From a phage: DNA of 64,000 nt. Positions 35,832-46,447 of the stretch are shown in pieces; the stretch's first letter is position 1, and the number at the start of each line of letters is the position of its first letter. Position numbers and translations under genes: made by a program. The stretch lies in the sequence record PV467749.1. The stretch is one strand, 5' to 3'. The notes beneath the pieces were generated by a model, which saw only the letters and a list, made by a program, of their open reading frames with translations, ran no database searches and was not told the origin of the DNA.

Positions 35832-36231
35832 GAACTTTACCTTTAAGTAGATTAATTAATGTTCGCATAGATTCAGTACTGACAGTACCAAAATCAACAC
35901 CTAAGCACTCGTATTGAAAGAACTCAATAGAATCAATTGAGTCCAAAGGAATCTCAACAACCTGATTCCCTATACCAGACATAGTAACATTGCTTTTATT
36001 AATCGTCAAGAAGTTTTTTGAATAAGTATTAAATTTTAGTGAAATCGCGTCGGGGTGCTTTGTAACAATGCAGTACTGGGAACCATACACATATAGTACT
36101 TTACTTTCACTAAGATCTGTTTTAAAAAAATGAATCCCATTGAAGTATTTCTCATTGGCTCCCATCGCCGCGATTAGTTCATCTGTTGTTGTTAACCTTG
36201 TTTCGTTCTTCGTTAAACTGTTGAAAAGCAT
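35818..36231 (-). CDS. array family A member (divergent core)
   Basis: 137 aa; core SIEFFQYECL; start possibly internal Met 36165. Confidence 0.5.
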   Translation of the reverse strand: MLFNSLTKNETRLTTTDELIAAMGANEKYFNGIHFFKTDLSESKVLYVYGSQYCIVTKHPDAISLKFNTYSKNFLTINKSNVTMSGIGNQVVEIPLDSIDSIEFFQYECLGVDFGTVSTESMRTLINLLKGKVHAFN

Positions 36232-36652
36232 AGAATACTACCTTAACCATTTGTAGTGTTTCAGACATTACTTCTGATGAAAATTCAACATCATTGAATT
36301 TCAGCATAGTGTTCTGTGTAAAGAAAGTTGCTTCTAAGTCTTCTAGATTGAAGGGTTCATCAAACAAATTAGTACTGAACATGTCAGTCTTCTTCTTGTA
36401 TGTGAACAAGAATTTGGAATTATAACGAAGAACTATTTCATCTTTATTGACCAGAATACGTGCAATGTTCTGACGTGCTAATGTGGTAATGTTTAAATTG
36501 AACACGTTCTTGCGTGTTTCTGTGATATCAACAAAATACCCATCTCCCTGATGGATATTACATCGTACATCCAACCCTTTCTGTACTGTATTGAACAGTG
36601 CATCTTGAATAAAATAATTTGCTGTATCGATGTTTCCTAAAATGTCTAACAT
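36179..36652 (-). CDS. array family A member (divergent core)
   Basis: 157 aa; core LEATFFTQNTM. Confidence 0.5.
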   Translation of the reverse strand: MLDILGNIDTANYFIQDALFNTVQKGLDVRCNIHQGDGYFVDITETRKNVFNLNITTLARQNIARILVNKDEIVLRYNSKFLFTYKKKTDMFSTNLFDEPFNLEDLEATFFTQNTMLKFNDVEFSSEVMSETLQMVKVVFYAFQQFNEERNKVNNNR

Positions 36653-37164
36653 AACTTCTCCTTGATTGCTGTCATATTTAGAAGAAATTCTTCAAGCAAT
36701 TCCTCTGTAACATACTCAACATACCAGAATATCACAATATCTTTTGAAAGTCGAGTATTCTTAAAAATATCTACTAACTCTTTGTAGTACTCAAGATCAT
36801 ATACATCTTTTATAATTAGTGAGTACTGAAATAGTGATTCTTCAGTTAACTTAAATTCTGGATATAGTAGATCATTAAATTCCTTTGACCCAATTAGGAC
36901 TTTAATTTCTTTAAAATTATTTGTTATACCACCATTGCTTCCATATAACGCCGCATATTCCATGAATTTGGCTTTGGGGTTCCAGTCCAGAACCGTTTCC
37001 CCTTTATATGATAAACGATAGAACGCAGAGAACTTGGTTATTTCCCACGGTTGCTTAATGCCTAATTCATGTATATCAATCCCACTGTACAAAATATCAG
37101 TGAATATCTCACCAATCTTCAATAATAATTTAGTACGTGCTAGTACTGTCATAGGTTCAATCAT
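36646..37164 (-). CDS. array family A member
   Basis: 172 aa; core EESLFQYSLI. Confidence 0.6.
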   Translation of the reverse strand: MIEPMTVLARTKLLLKIGEIFTDILYSGIDIHELGIKQPWEITKFSAFYRLSYKGETVLDWNPKAKFMEYAALYGSNGGITNNFKEIKVLIGSKEFNDLLYPEFKLTEESLFQYSLIIKDVYDLEYYKELVDIFKNTRLSKDIVIFWYVEYVTEELLEEFLLNMTAIKEKLC

Positions 37165-37577
37165 TATACACCTTCATATTCATCAAGGAAATCTTCGATG
37201 ATCATTTCAGCTTCATCCATGTGCATAGCATCAACTTCAACAATGCGAACCTTAGACGTATCCCAAATCATATAGCTAGGAACTGTATCTGGTTCGTAAT
37301 CGTTTTTGTACTGAACTGCATCATAGCCGTTAATTTCGCAGTACTCAATCACTCCACGCCATTCGTCGTCACTGCCCATATCCGTCCACAGAAGCACGTT
37401 ATCAACATCAACTTCTAAGGTATGTAAGTATACTGTATCAGCGTCAACAACGTTCAGTGGGCTTCTCAGCTTGCGTAATGCAGCTTCTAAAGCACTGTGT
37501 TTACCTCCCATATGAAGGCCACCATACGGGATATAAAAGTTATCAATTTTTACAGTACTCGCATGATACAGTTTCAT
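37164..37577 (-). CDS. hypothetical protein, not family A; two H-x-S/T-like motifs
   Basis: 137 aa; LYHASTV and YLHTLEV; acidic C-terminus; 2H-phosphoesterase-like is only a tentative reading. Confidence 0.5.
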   Translation of the reverse strand: MKLYHASTVKIDNFYIPYGGLHMGGKHSALEAALRKLRSPLNVVDADTVYLHTLEVDVDNVLLWTDMGSDDEWRGVIEYCEINGYDAVQYKNDYEPDTVPSYMIWDTSKVRIVEVDAMHMDEAEMIIEDFLDEYEGV

Positions 37578-37586
37578 TATTCATTC

Positions 37587-38171
37587 CTATTTCAGTACTT
37601 TGACCAGGGCTTTAACCGCTGTTTCAAGTTGTGCAAAGTCGTTGATTGTAAGATAATGAATACCCAATGTACTCATTTCTGAATCTATTTTACTATACAA
37701 ATCGAACATGTCAAGTAGATATTGATATGTATATGACTCCGATGACACACATGATTCTTGAAATAGACGTTCTTCCATATCATTTACTACTTCATCATTT
37801 GCGTCTCGAATCACACCATCTTTGTATGTGTAGTAAATCTCATCCCATTCATCTGATAAGCGGAATAGTAAAGGTTTACCATTAAACATCTCAAGGTCAT
37901 ATGCATTGACTTCACTCAATAACATATCATCAGGATCAGGTGTGAAATCGAATTGAGCGAGTGAAGAACCATCATAATCCTTAAGGAATATACCAATAGC
38001 ATTCAATTTAACTTCGCCATAATTGCCATTCTTGAACTTTACACGAATATTAATATCAATGTTTTGAACAGTATCATCATCTTGGAATTGATAATCAATT
38101 TTATACTTTTCCCAAAGTTTTTTAATATCTTTAAAGTACTTAATTTTACTTTCTATTTCTTTAAAGTTCAT
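37587..38171 (-). CDS. array family A member
   Basis: 194 aa; core EERLFQESCV. Confidence 0.6.
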   Translation of the reverse strand: MNFKEIESKIKYFKDIKKLWEKYKIDYQFQDDDTVQNIDINIRVKFKNGNYGEVKLNAIGIFLKDYDGSSLAQFDFTPDPDDMLLSEVNAYDLEMFNGKPLLFRLSDEWDEIYYTYKDGVIRDANDEVVNDMEERLFQESCVSSESYTYQYLLDMFDLYSKIDSEMSTLGIHYLTINDFAQLETAVKALVKVLK

Positions 38172-38799
38172 CTGGAACCGCCATCTCTTGTATGTTCTTG
38201 CATTTTATCATTGCACAATTAGTATGTAAAATGATAGCGTACTTGTGTAATGATTTAATTTTATAACACTCATTAAGTACTGAAATGATGCCCCATAACT
38301 CTTCTACATCAATAGTGATAGGTTCACTAGTACTAAGTTGCATTAGTGCTGCTTCCACATCATCTTTGTTATTGATTTTGAACTGCATACCACGTTTCAG
38401 TATTTTGGTTTTTGGGTTATACTCTGCCATTACATCACCTTCAGGGTAACCCTCGTGTAATAATAATGTAGTCTCATAATCTCCACAATTGAAATTAATT
38501 TCATCATAGTCAGGAACACAAATCATTCCTTCACCATATTGATTATCTACTGATTCGATTGTTAAAATACGCTGATGTTCATTACTCAGGATAATAGAAT
38601 CATGCCAGTACTGCGTAGTGAATTTACTACGTTTCTTTTGACAGCACATACTTGACATGGGACCATACTTTTTATATAGGGACTTCTTGAATGCTATCGC
38701 ATCAGGAGCCACCTTAATAACTTCTCGAATTAGGTCAATAGCTTCTTGATAACTTTTTCTCATTTGTCGTACCCATATAAAATATGATCTAAAGTGCAT
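38161..38799 (-). CDS. array family A member (variant core)
   Basis: 212 aa track ORF; core EAALMQLSTS; probable start at internal Met 38763 (ATGA overlap). Confidence 0.55.
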   Translation of the reverse strand: MHFRSYFIWVRQMRKSYQEAIDLIREVIKVAPDAIAFKKSLYKKYGPMSSMCCQKKRSKFTTQYWHDSIILSNEHQRILTIESVDNQYGEGMICVPDYDEINFNCGDYETTLLLHEGYPEGDVMAEYNPKTKILKRGMQFKINNKDDVEAALMQLSTSEPITIDVEELWGIISVLNECYKIKSLHKYAIILHTNCAMIKCKNIQEMAVPDEL

Positions 38800-39311
38800 T
38801 GAACTTCTTCATGGAAGAACAGTGGGTAAATTTGTATCAATTTTTCTTTAAGTTCAAGTGAATGACATAATTCTAATGCTTTGATACAATCTTCATATTT
38901 GACTAAATTATGCAATGTACTTAACTGAAAATGTTGTTCTTCAGAGTAAGCTAAATCATATACCAAATTATCATCTAAAAGGTTTGATTTCTTTGAAGGA
39001 TCAAGTACTGTGTTGCTATGACCTACCCAGAAAAAAGCATTGGTGTTCATATTATTACAACCCCAACCTGCCCCCATTTTCTGGTGAATAGCAAAGACAC
39101 AACTATCATAGAGAATAATACCAAGACGCTCTTCGTTGACATAAATCGTAACACCATCGATTGTCATGGTTATTTGGAAACGCATTGAACCTTCACTTCG
39201 TGAACGTGCACAGAAGCCAAGATAACGGTTAATAATTGTATTGATTTTATCTGCCCATCCTTCCACATCTTTGGATGCACATAATTTAAAAAGATCATGA
39301 CTTTGATTCAT
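38760..39311 (-). CDS. array family A member
   Basis: 183 aa; core EEQHFQLSTL. Confidence 0.6.
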   Translation of the reverse strand: MNQSHDLFKLCASKDVEGWADKINTIINRYLGFCARSRSEGSMRFQITMTIDGVTIYVNEERLGIILYDSCVFAIHQKMGAGWGCNNMNTNAFFWVGHSNTVLDPSKKSNLLDDNLVYDLAYSEEQHFQLSTLHNLVKYEDCIKALELCHSLELKEKLIQIYPLFFHEEVQCTLDHILYGYDK

Positions 39312-39322
39312 GTAGTTCTCCG

Positions 39323-39904
39323 TTAATCAAGCATAAGTGGCATCATCGCCCATATCTTTTTCATAATCATATCTTCAGTAAAAACAAACGTTTTAGGTGC
39401 AGTATATGATATTGACAACCCAAATGGAAGTACGATTGCATCATCAATTATATTATGAATATCAAACCATGTTTTTACACAATCATATGGTGGAAGTTCA
39501 TGTATTGTACTTAACTGAAAGTATTGTTCTTCACCAAATGTACTGCAATCAATATCACAAATTTTAGTGAATTGATGATTCCATTTAGATATAATACTGT
39601 TTTTATTATTGAACATATTAGTTCTATGCATGAAACCATTTCTGCTAATATGATTTGATATTGCGTTTTCTTCAATATCATTGCTTATTTTAAAATTCAT
39701 GTCAAAGTTGTAGTGCGAACTCGACGATTCTTTGAATTTTAAATGAAAATAACGATTGTTATTAATTTCCATTTCAATACAAAACACATCTGAATCAAAA
39801 CGATTAAACTTGTAATCGTTGTCTTCAGGTAGAGTTTGTAATTTTTTCATAACACCAAGCATAGGGTGCACTAAGCTTCTAATAAAATCATTAGTTATTT
39901 TCAT
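39323..39904 (-). CDS. array family A member
   Basis: 193 aa; core EEQYFQLSTI. Confidence 0.6.
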   Translation of the reverse strand: MKITNDFIRSLVHPMLGVMKKLQTLPEDNDYKFNRFDSDVFCIEMEINNNRYFHLKFKESSSSHYNFDMNFKISNDIEENAISNHISRNGFMHRTNMFNNKNSIISKWNHQFTKICDIDCSTFGEEQYFQLSTIHELPPYDCVKTWFDIHNIIDDAIVLPFGLSISYTAPKTFVFTEDMIMKKIWAMMPLMLD

Positions 39905-40397
39905 AGTATTCCTTTAGAACTTTAAATGATTCAACAATACTATCTTGTGTGTAATTAGAACTATATACAATTGCATTTGATTTGATTGACCACAGATATG
40001 ACATAAAGGTTATAACACTACTACATGAACTTAATGTATTGTTTTGGAATTCATTTTCTTCAATGTTATCAGTACTGGTATTGATGAATTGGATAGTATC
40101 TTGTTTCTGATTAGACATTGAAACTAAAGTACAATCAGTATAAGGAGTGTACAAAAACGTCTCATTACTAATTGAACTATCATTAGTATATGATGGTTTG
40201 GTAATATAAATCAAACGCATGATATCACGCTCAATACCCGATTTACGACTTTCCACTAAAGAAATCATATCTATATTTTTCATATGATCAACATTGACAT
40301 GGAACTTTTTGTTTAGAATTACATCTTTTGGGGAATTTTTATATGAAGATAAGATCTCATACATCTCAACTAATTCTCGTGCATTTAATAAACTCAT
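39891..40397 (-). CDS. array family A member
   Basis: 168 aa; core EENEFQNNTL. Confidence 0.55.
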   Translation of the reverse strand: MSLLNARELVEMYEILSSYKNSPKDVILNKKFHVNVDHMKNIDMISLVESRKSGIERDIMRLIYITKPSYTNDSSISNETFLYTPYTDCTLVSMSNQKQDTIQFINTSTDNIEENEFQNNTLSSCSSVITFMSYLWSIKSNAIVYSSNYTQDSIVESFKVLKEYYENN

Positions 40398-40822
40398 GTT
40401 TTGTCTCTTAATGAAAGAATATCCTTAGTATAAACTGATACAGAAATGTGATTGTATTTCATCATTAATTTATACACATAAGAAGCTAGTACTAAATCGT
40501 AAATTAATTTAGTATCATACAGTACTCCGTATTGTAAAGCAAGTGAATCAATATCATCTTTACTTTCAATATCCAGAAATGTGCCGAAATATGTAGTACC
40601 GTGGAGATGAAAATTGGAATTAATGCAATCAATGCATTCATTGTCCAACAGAGTAGATGATGATGCCCTCGGTGAATCCCAAATAGTCACTGCGTGTATG
40701 CCCTCAACGAACAAATCTATCCATATTTTGTGTCGTTGTCTTTTTTTTGTTTTATAATTTTCTGGATTTGAAAGTGTAGTTTCAATTATATCCCATATGT
40801 ATAAGCATTCATCTCTTGTCAT
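40394..40822 (-). CDS. array family A member (divergent core)
   Basis: 142 aa; SLALQYGVLYD. Confidence 0.45.
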   Translation of the reverse strand: MTRDECLYIWDIIETTLSNPENYKTKKRQRHKIWIDLFVEGIHAVTIWDSPRASSSTLLDNECIDCINSNFHLHGTTYFGTFLDIESKDDIDSLALQYGVLYDTKLIYDLVLASYVYKLMMKYNHISVSVYTKDILSLRDKT

Positions 40823-41400
40823 TATAGCACCTTATCCATTGCTGCATTTAATGCTTTTAAACGATCAACATTCAAAGTATTGAAGATGTACGTTCCTAAA
40901 ATGTGGAAATCGAACTGGTTCTTTTTGTATGTGTGATAAATTAAACTACAAAAAACAACAGTACTAAGAACCTCTTCCGGTATAACGGTGCTCATCTGAA
41001 ACAGTTCTTCATCAACTGTACTTGATTCTGGATTGATAGCTTTTAACTCATACTCTTTATCACCGAATAGTACTTTAATATTATATAAAACACCAACAGT
41101 ACTAATATGAAATGGGTGGTGTGAAAAACTTCCATCATCATTAATTTGGATATCGGATCTAATCTCGCACTCTTCATTACTTTTACTATTATTTTTTACA
41201 ATACAAATATTCCTGGCACCAGAAATAGTAAGAATACCGTGATCGTAATATTCTTTGGACATACATTTAGATGAAAATGACACATCACGAATGAGGTAAT
41301 GTTTGTTAATTTCTTTGGCACTACCAACAATGTGTAGCATCTTTGTACTGATATCATATAGCTGTTGGTGTCTGGCTGTCATATAACTATAAGCGTTCAT
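40822..41400 (-). CDS. array family A member
   Basis: 192 aa; core DEELFQMSTV. Confidence 0.6.
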   Translation of the reverse strand: MNAYSYMTARHQQLYDISTKMLHIVGSAKEINKHYLIRDVSFSSKCMSKEYYDHGILTISGARNICIVKNNSKSNEECEIRSDIQINDDGSFSHHPFHISTVGVLYNIKVLFGDKEYELKAINPESSTVDEELFQMSTVIPEEVLSTVVFCSLIYHTYKKNQFDFHILGTYIFNTLNVDRLKALNAAMDKVL

Positions 41401-41971
41401 ATGTATCCTTGATGTTTTTGATTGCCGTGTGTAGCTCTTTTAATGTATCGGATTCACAGTTAATGAACTTACTATACATTACCAATTCACCAGTGTCAAT
41501 AGCTTTTGCAGTTTCATAGCAAAGCATCATGTACTCAAACTCCTTGAAGTTGTCAAGTACTGATCTCTGGAAAATGTATGCTTCACGAATGTCTTCACTT
41601 TGATCTAGTTCTGGTGGAATTTCCAAATATGTATCATTCTCTACGTCATCAAAATTAGATTCAACAATTCGATTAATATCTTCGTGTAAAGCATTGACAA
41701 ATATCATGTTTGGAGTAATGGAACCGATTTGCTCACTATGCCTTGATGTGCGGATATACATTGCCATAGTATCCCATGAACCTTTTTTCGTCGTTCCATA
41801 ATCGTAAACTTTATAAGACTCCAGTACTACTGAACCAAAACGATATGGTGATTTGCATTCAACTTTAAGACGATAATTTCCAATAGGCTCATGTTCAGTA
41901 ATGTTGTGCTTTTCAGATAGTTCTGCAATGTCATGCATCAATTTCATAATTTGAATATGTTCAGCTTGCAT
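41387..41971 (-). CDS. array family A member
   Basis: 194 aa; core EAYIFQRSVL. Confidence 0.6.
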   Translation of the reverse strand: MQAEHIQIMKLMHDIAELSEKHNITEHEPIGNYRLKVECKSPYRFGSVVLESYKVYDYGTTKKGSWDTMAMYIRTSRHSEQIGSITPNMIFVNALHEDINRIVESNFDDVENDTYLEIPPELDQSEDIREAYIFQRSVLDNFKEFEYMMLCYETAKAIDTGELVMYSKFINCESDTLKELHTAIKNIKDTYERL

Positions 41972-42534
41972 TATAAGTCCTCTAATTTAACAGGTACATG
42001 TTCATTGATGAACGTCTTAAGAGCCAGTACTAGATCTTCTAATTCTTCTGTACTGAATTTTAATATAGTTTTAAAGATTATCAATTCATTTCTTTCTATA
42101 ATCTTTGGAATTTCATATGCTAACATAAGATTGCGAACAGTACCAGCGTTGTGTATGAGGTTCGCATTGAATAAAAGTACATCGTACTCGTCTTTTTTAA
42201 TTTTATAATTGTACTCTTCAATTACTTCATGTGTGTATGTATTCTTATAAGCAATTTTATTTTTATGAAATTTATAACCAACAGTAACACTATCATCATA
42301 AAATGTAGAACGATAATCTTGTTTTCTATCGCCGGACGAAATGATGTGTAATGCTGTGTATTTGTCCTCAACATCTAACTCAATGTTTGCATAACTGTTA
42401 ACAGTTTCATTCTTTAGGACGTTAATGTTATATTTCTCATTAACTTTAATGTACTGGCGTGAACCATTATCATCAATGAACTTAAAACAATGCTTTACCA
42501 ACAATGTGATTTCTTTAATTAATTCAGTACTCAT
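41971..42534 (-). CDS. array ORF, family A membership uncertain
   Basis: 187 aa; no clear FQ core (NELIIFKTIL). Confidence 0.5.
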   Translation of the reverse strand: MSTELIKEITLLVKHCFKFIDDNGSRQYIKVNEKYNINVLKNETVNSYANIELDVEDKYTALHIISSGDRKQDYRSTFYDDSVTVGYKFHKNKIAYKNTYTHEVIEEYNYKIKKDEYDVLLFNANLIHNAGTVRNLMLAYEIPKIIERNELIIFKTILKFSTEELEDLVLALKTFINEHVPVKLEDL

Positions 42535-42599
42535 ATCTTCTCCTGTACTCTGTTAAAAGCGATTATAACACACCTGAATGCTCATGTAAAGCACTAAAC

Positions 42600-42621
42600 A
42601 CAAAAAGACCCATAAGGGTCT
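42600..42621 (-). terminator. intrinsic terminator inside the array
   Basis: AAGACCC-ATAA-GGGTCTT stem followed on the minus strand by TTTGTGTTT; directly 3' of CDS 42622..43206. Confidence 0.55.
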
Positions 42622-43206
42622 TTATTTTGGTAAAACGCTGTCAATGTACGCTAGAGCCTCATCTCGGAGGTACGTTCCATCTATCGTTATGTAATAGTTC
42701 TTAGGGATATCACTACCAATCTTCTCGTAAATTTTCATACATGATATCACATCTTCATCACAAATGGTACTCAATTGAAACTGTACTTCATCAGTTAAAG
42801 GTACGATATCATGTTTAGATGGGGGGTTGGTATTTTCATTCAAAACAATATCAAACAAATTAGGAGTATTCTTTGACGAAATGTAACGATGTTTACTACG
42901 AATTACCATTCTCGACAGAGAAATACTGGAACTCCATCTTGGGTCCACATCTTCGTATGTTAACGCAATTAACATTTCATAATAATCTTGGAATTTCATT
43001 GATGCATAATATGTTTTGTCCTCACCGTACATTCCAAATGATTTGAATTCAATGTCACCTACATTGTGTGTATCGCTATCACTATTCACGAATTTTAACA
43101 GACTGTTGATTAGTCTGATTAGAATATCATCTTTATTCATTATCAGATAACTCCCTGTGCATGTTGTATAAATCTCTAAAGTCCTGATAGAAATCTTTTT
43201 CTTCAA
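42622..43206 (-). CDS. array family A member
   Basis: 194 aa track ORF; core DEVQFQLSTI; probable start ATG 43140 with AGGGAG RBS. Confidence 0.6.
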   Translation of the reverse strand: MKKKISIRTLEIYTTCTGSYLIMNKDDILIRLINSLLKFVNSDSDTHNVGDIEFKSFGMYGEDKTYYASMKFQDYYEMLIALTYEDVDPRWSSSISLSRMVIRSKHRYISSKNTPNLFDIVLNENTNPPSKHDIVPLTDEVQFQLSTICDEDVISCMKIYEKIGSDIPKNYYITIDGTYLRDEALAYIDSVLPK

Positions 43207-43699
43207 GAATATCTTTTAAACTAGGAATCTCATCCATAATCTCATCGATATCAGTTTCAATAGTAAAACCTGATTTATAATTTTGTAAGAGATAACTAAA
43301 AGCAACAATGTAAAGAATTTCATTTGGTTTATGGATTAACATGTGTTGGAACATAACTGATTCTAAATCAGATTCAGTACTAAGGTCAGCATAACATGTA
43401 TCGTTTATGTCAATTCGTACTTTACTTGAATTTGGATTCCATGTAAAGCAATGTGTTCCAACTGTTCCCAAACATCCTACTCTTGTACTATCATTTGTTC
43501 CCAAAAAGATATCAAAATACGTTTCATCTGTATAATCGTATTTTTGTACTTTACCTTTTTTAAGGCATAAATCATTATCCTTTCGAAAAGTTTTAGATGA
43601 TAGTGTATCAATGATGCACATTAATGTTTTTGCAAATGCAATACAATGACGTAATTCAAGTCTATGGAAATTATAATTAGTAAAATTCAAAAAATTCAT
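43133..43699 (-). CDS. array family A member
   Basis: 188 aa; core ESVMFQHMLI. Confidence 0.55.
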   Translation of the reverse strand: MNFLNFTNYNFHRLELRHCIAFAKTLMCIIDTLSSKTFRKDNDLCLKKGKVQKYDYTDETYFDIFLGTNDSTRVGCLGTVGTHCFTWNPNSSKVRIDINDTCYADLSTESDLESVMFQHMLIHKPNEILYIVAFSYLLQNYKSGFTIETDIDEIMDEIPSLKDILEEKDFYQDFRDLYNMHRELSDNE

Positions 43700-44238
43700 A
43701 ATTGTACCTTCAATATTTTATCAGCAATTGATATAACCTTGTCATTGAATACATTACCAATTTCAATTCTTATATACATCGCAGGTGGAATCTTTCCCTG
43801 AAGTGCATAATATGTTTGTATACCTAAGTACTCATTATTTGATAATGAAAATTTGATTCTCTCCATATCTATGTCTGATTTTGGTAAATCTAAGAATTCA
43901 TGATGGAAGTCAACATTTTCAGTGTATATCTGTTCGACGTAATTTGAATAGTCACTACTAATGTAGATGCTATCATCACGAACAATTACTTTATAATCAG
44001 AAGGTTCAAACTTATCTTTAGGAGAAAAGAAGACATCATCTATCTTCTCTTCTCGTATACCGAATAACAATTTACCATCGTACTTTACATCAAGCATACT
44101 ACCTAGAATAGTAATTACACAATGTTCATCAATGTCATGACGTAATGAACGAGTCTTGTATTTTGGGTTAATGAAAATTTTCATTAATTTTATACAAATG
44201 TCGGCAATGCATTTTACATTATCATTTTCTATGTACAT
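43696..44238 (-). CDS. array ORF, family A membership uncertain
   Basis: 180 aa; weak core MERIKFSLSNN. Confidence 0.5.
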   Translation of the reverse strand: MYIENDNVKCIADICIKLMKIFINPKYKTRSLRHDIDEHCVITILGSMLDVKYDGKLLFGIREEKIDDVFFSPKDKFEPSDYKVIVRDDSIYISSDYSNYVEQIYTENVDFHHEFLDLPKSDIDMERIKFSLSNNEYLGIQTYYALQGKIPPAMYIRIEIGNVFNDKVISIADKILKVQL

Positions 44239-44716
44239 CGTAAATCCTCTTTAATTCTTTTACATTTTTAATGAATACTTTCATTGCAGAAATCTCAAAA
44301 GCTAATGATTTAAATTTGCAGTACTTTTTAAAGTACGACATAATGAATAGCATTTTGAGTTCTTTTTCTGTGTAAATTAAACTATTTTGAAAGTAACTTT
44401 CTTCTGATAAATCATCAAGAAAAGGATATACAACTCCATTTGGAGTCAAGAACATGACACGTTCACTCCAAGATCTAAATGAAATGTAATCAGTCTTACC
44501 ACATTCATATAAGGAGTTTATCATTCCGTCAATCATTAAGGAGAACTCAATACTGTATCCTAATCGTTGACACTTGTATCTCTTATCTTCTTTCTTTGTA
44601 ATTACAAAGTGACGACCCAATGCGTCTTTGTTATCGAAAATGAAATCAACTGTCTCTAAACACTCCTTAGCGAACTTTATAGTTTCTCTGTACTTTCGGT
44701 TCATTAGTCTCTCCAA
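44222..44716 (-). CDS. array family A member
   Basis: 164 aa; core EESYFQNSLI. Confidence 0.6.
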   Translation of the reverse strand: MERLMNRKYRETIKFAKECLETVDFIFDNKDALGRHFVITKKEDKRYKCQRLGYSIEFSLMIDGMINSLYECGKTDYISFRSWSERVMFLTPNGVVYPFLDDLSEESYFQNSLIYTEKELKMLFIMSYFKKYCKFKSLAFEISAMKVFIKNVKELKRIYDVHRK

Positions 44717-45117
44717 ACTTTACCAGGGAAGTGTTTCTCGTAGAACTCATCATCACTTAACATATAATCAGGTGTTTCTACTTCTATGGGTTTGTAGAAT
44801 GTTTCTGGAATGTGTGTAATTTTATTGGGTAGTACTTTATGTTCGCGTAAAACCTTCTGTATAGCTCCTAGACGTTGTAAATCAATACAGCCCGGCAGAA
44901 CTAAGCTGTACTGAAATAGCTCATCAGGGGTCATTATAGATACATCCTTGGCTTGTTTGATTTTATTGTTGGCATTAATGAATATATCAAATCCAAGTAC
45001 TGCATTATAGCTTACATATGTTGTTTTGTTTTTGTCAATAGCTGCACTTAAACTATATCCATATATTCCATGTTGGTCAACAATGCATCGTTGCATAATT
45101 TTAATCATTTCGAACAT
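44704..45117 (-). CDS. array family A member
   Basis: 137 aa; core PDELFQYSLV. Confidence 0.6.
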   Translation of the reverse strand: MFEMIKIMQRCIVDQHGIYGYSLSAAIDKNKTTYVSYNAVLGFDIFINANNKIKQAKDVSIMTPDELFQYSLVLPGCIDLQRLGAIQKVLREHKVLPNKITHIPETFYKPIEVETPDYMLSDDEFYEKHFPGKVWRD

Positions 45118-45463
45118 AATTTACCTCGTATGTGTTATAATTCCACGTTTTAACACTATCCATTTGTATATCCTGAACTTCATGGAAATATTTAAGTACC
45201 TTCTGGTATTCCATTAGTTCGTACACATCTTCAGTATTGACAGTGCTCTCCTGAAACAATTCCTCTTCTGATAAAGTACTATAATCAGGGATTTTTATTT
45301 CAGAATATATCTCATTCATATATGAATCATTTTGGTAAATCTGTAGATAAAACTGATTATATTCAGGGATATAGGTTACGAAATGGTTCTTGATGAATTC
45401 ATATCTTGAAGCAAAGCAATCATTGCCATCCGTCATGTACTGAATTGTTGTTGTATTATGCAT
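45101..45463 (-). CDS. array family A member
   Basis: 120 aa; core EEELFQESTV. Confidence 0.6.
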   Translation of the reverse strand: MHNTTTIQYMTDGNDCFASRYEFIKNHFVTYIPEYNQFYLQIYQNDSYMNEIYSEIKIPDYSTLSEEELFQESTVNTEDVYELMEYQKVLKYFHEVQDIQMDSVKTWNYNTYEVNYVRND

Positions 45464-45938
45464 TCAAATAATCCACGCATTTATGGTATACATCTAAATC
45501 TAAAAAGAATCGTTGTTTGTATTTGTAATGATGAAGTAGTGCACCATAAAGTAATATAGCATTAAGTACTTTTGCATCATGAATACAAGACCCTTGGAAG
45601 TACATTTCTTCTGTCATGAAAACTAACTCATTGTACGGGATAAGCACTGAATCTCTAAATGTATCAATGTTAATCTTCAAATCGGACCCTTGGCAATATG
45701 AAATATATTCACCTCGGTAATGAAAGTCATTATCGTCAAAGTACTCAGCATATACTTGATTGTTCCTATTATTTTTAAAGGCAAGTCTTCCTTTGGTTGA
45801 ACTGAATTGGTCATATTGGAACATTCCACCAAAAGGCATTCCACCGAAAGGTTGGGGACTTCTGAACTCCTTTGCAATGCGATGAATGTTAGATGCAAAT
45901 TCTAAAACACCATCGTAATCATATTCTGTTGTAATCAT
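45456..45938 (-). CDS. array family A member
   Basis: 160 aa; core EEMYFQGSCI. Confidence 0.6.
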   Translation of the reverse strand: MITTEYDYDGVLEFASNIHRIAKEFRSPQPFGGMPFGGMFQYDQFSSTKGRLAFKNNRNNQVYAEYFDDNDFHYRGEYISYCQGSDLKINIDTFRDSVLIPYNELVFMTEEMYFQGSCIHDAKVLNAILLYGALLHHYKYKQRFFLDLDVYHKCVDYLNA

Positions 45939-46414
45939 AGACCATTTTTCTCCATGTACTCAATGATTTCATCTACGAAGTTTAAATCCATATAGAATCT
46001 ATCATTTGCGTCATTGAGTTCATCTTTAAGTACTGTAAAAATTGTAGAACTAAACACGATTCTCTCATTGTACAAAGTACTGTACTGGAAGAATTCTTCT
46101 TCTGATCTAACATTAAATGTGTCATATTCATCATCATCATTAGATCTAGGATGATAGTACTTAAAACTATCAGATGTATGGAAACAATATGAGATAAAAT
46201 CCCCTGATGGTGCATCGTCAAGTACACGAATACCACAGAAATTCTCATCTGTAGTATGCAACAAATTGCTATTCATTGACAAATAATTTTTGTACGCATA
46301 AAGTGTGCATCGTGGGAGAATTATATTCTCTTTAACTGTTACAAGGAACTTATGAAGTTTAATGATATTTTGTGCGATTTTTTGTGCATTGCTAAATGAT
46401 AGGTCTTTGGACAT
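45935..46414 (-). CDS. array family A member
   Basis: 159 aa; core EEEFFQYSTL; AAAGGG RBS. Confidence 0.6.
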   Translation of the reverse strand: MSKDLSFSNAQKIAQNIIKLHKFLVTVKENIILPRCTLYAYKNYLSMNSNLLHTTDENFCGIRVLDDAPSGDFISYCFHTSDSFKYYHPRSNDDDEYDTFNVRSEEEFFQYSTLYNERIVFSSTIFTVLKDELNDANDRFYMDLNFVDEIIEYMEKNGL

Positions 46415-46447
46415 TGTGATATAACCCTTTACAATTAATATAAAGAG

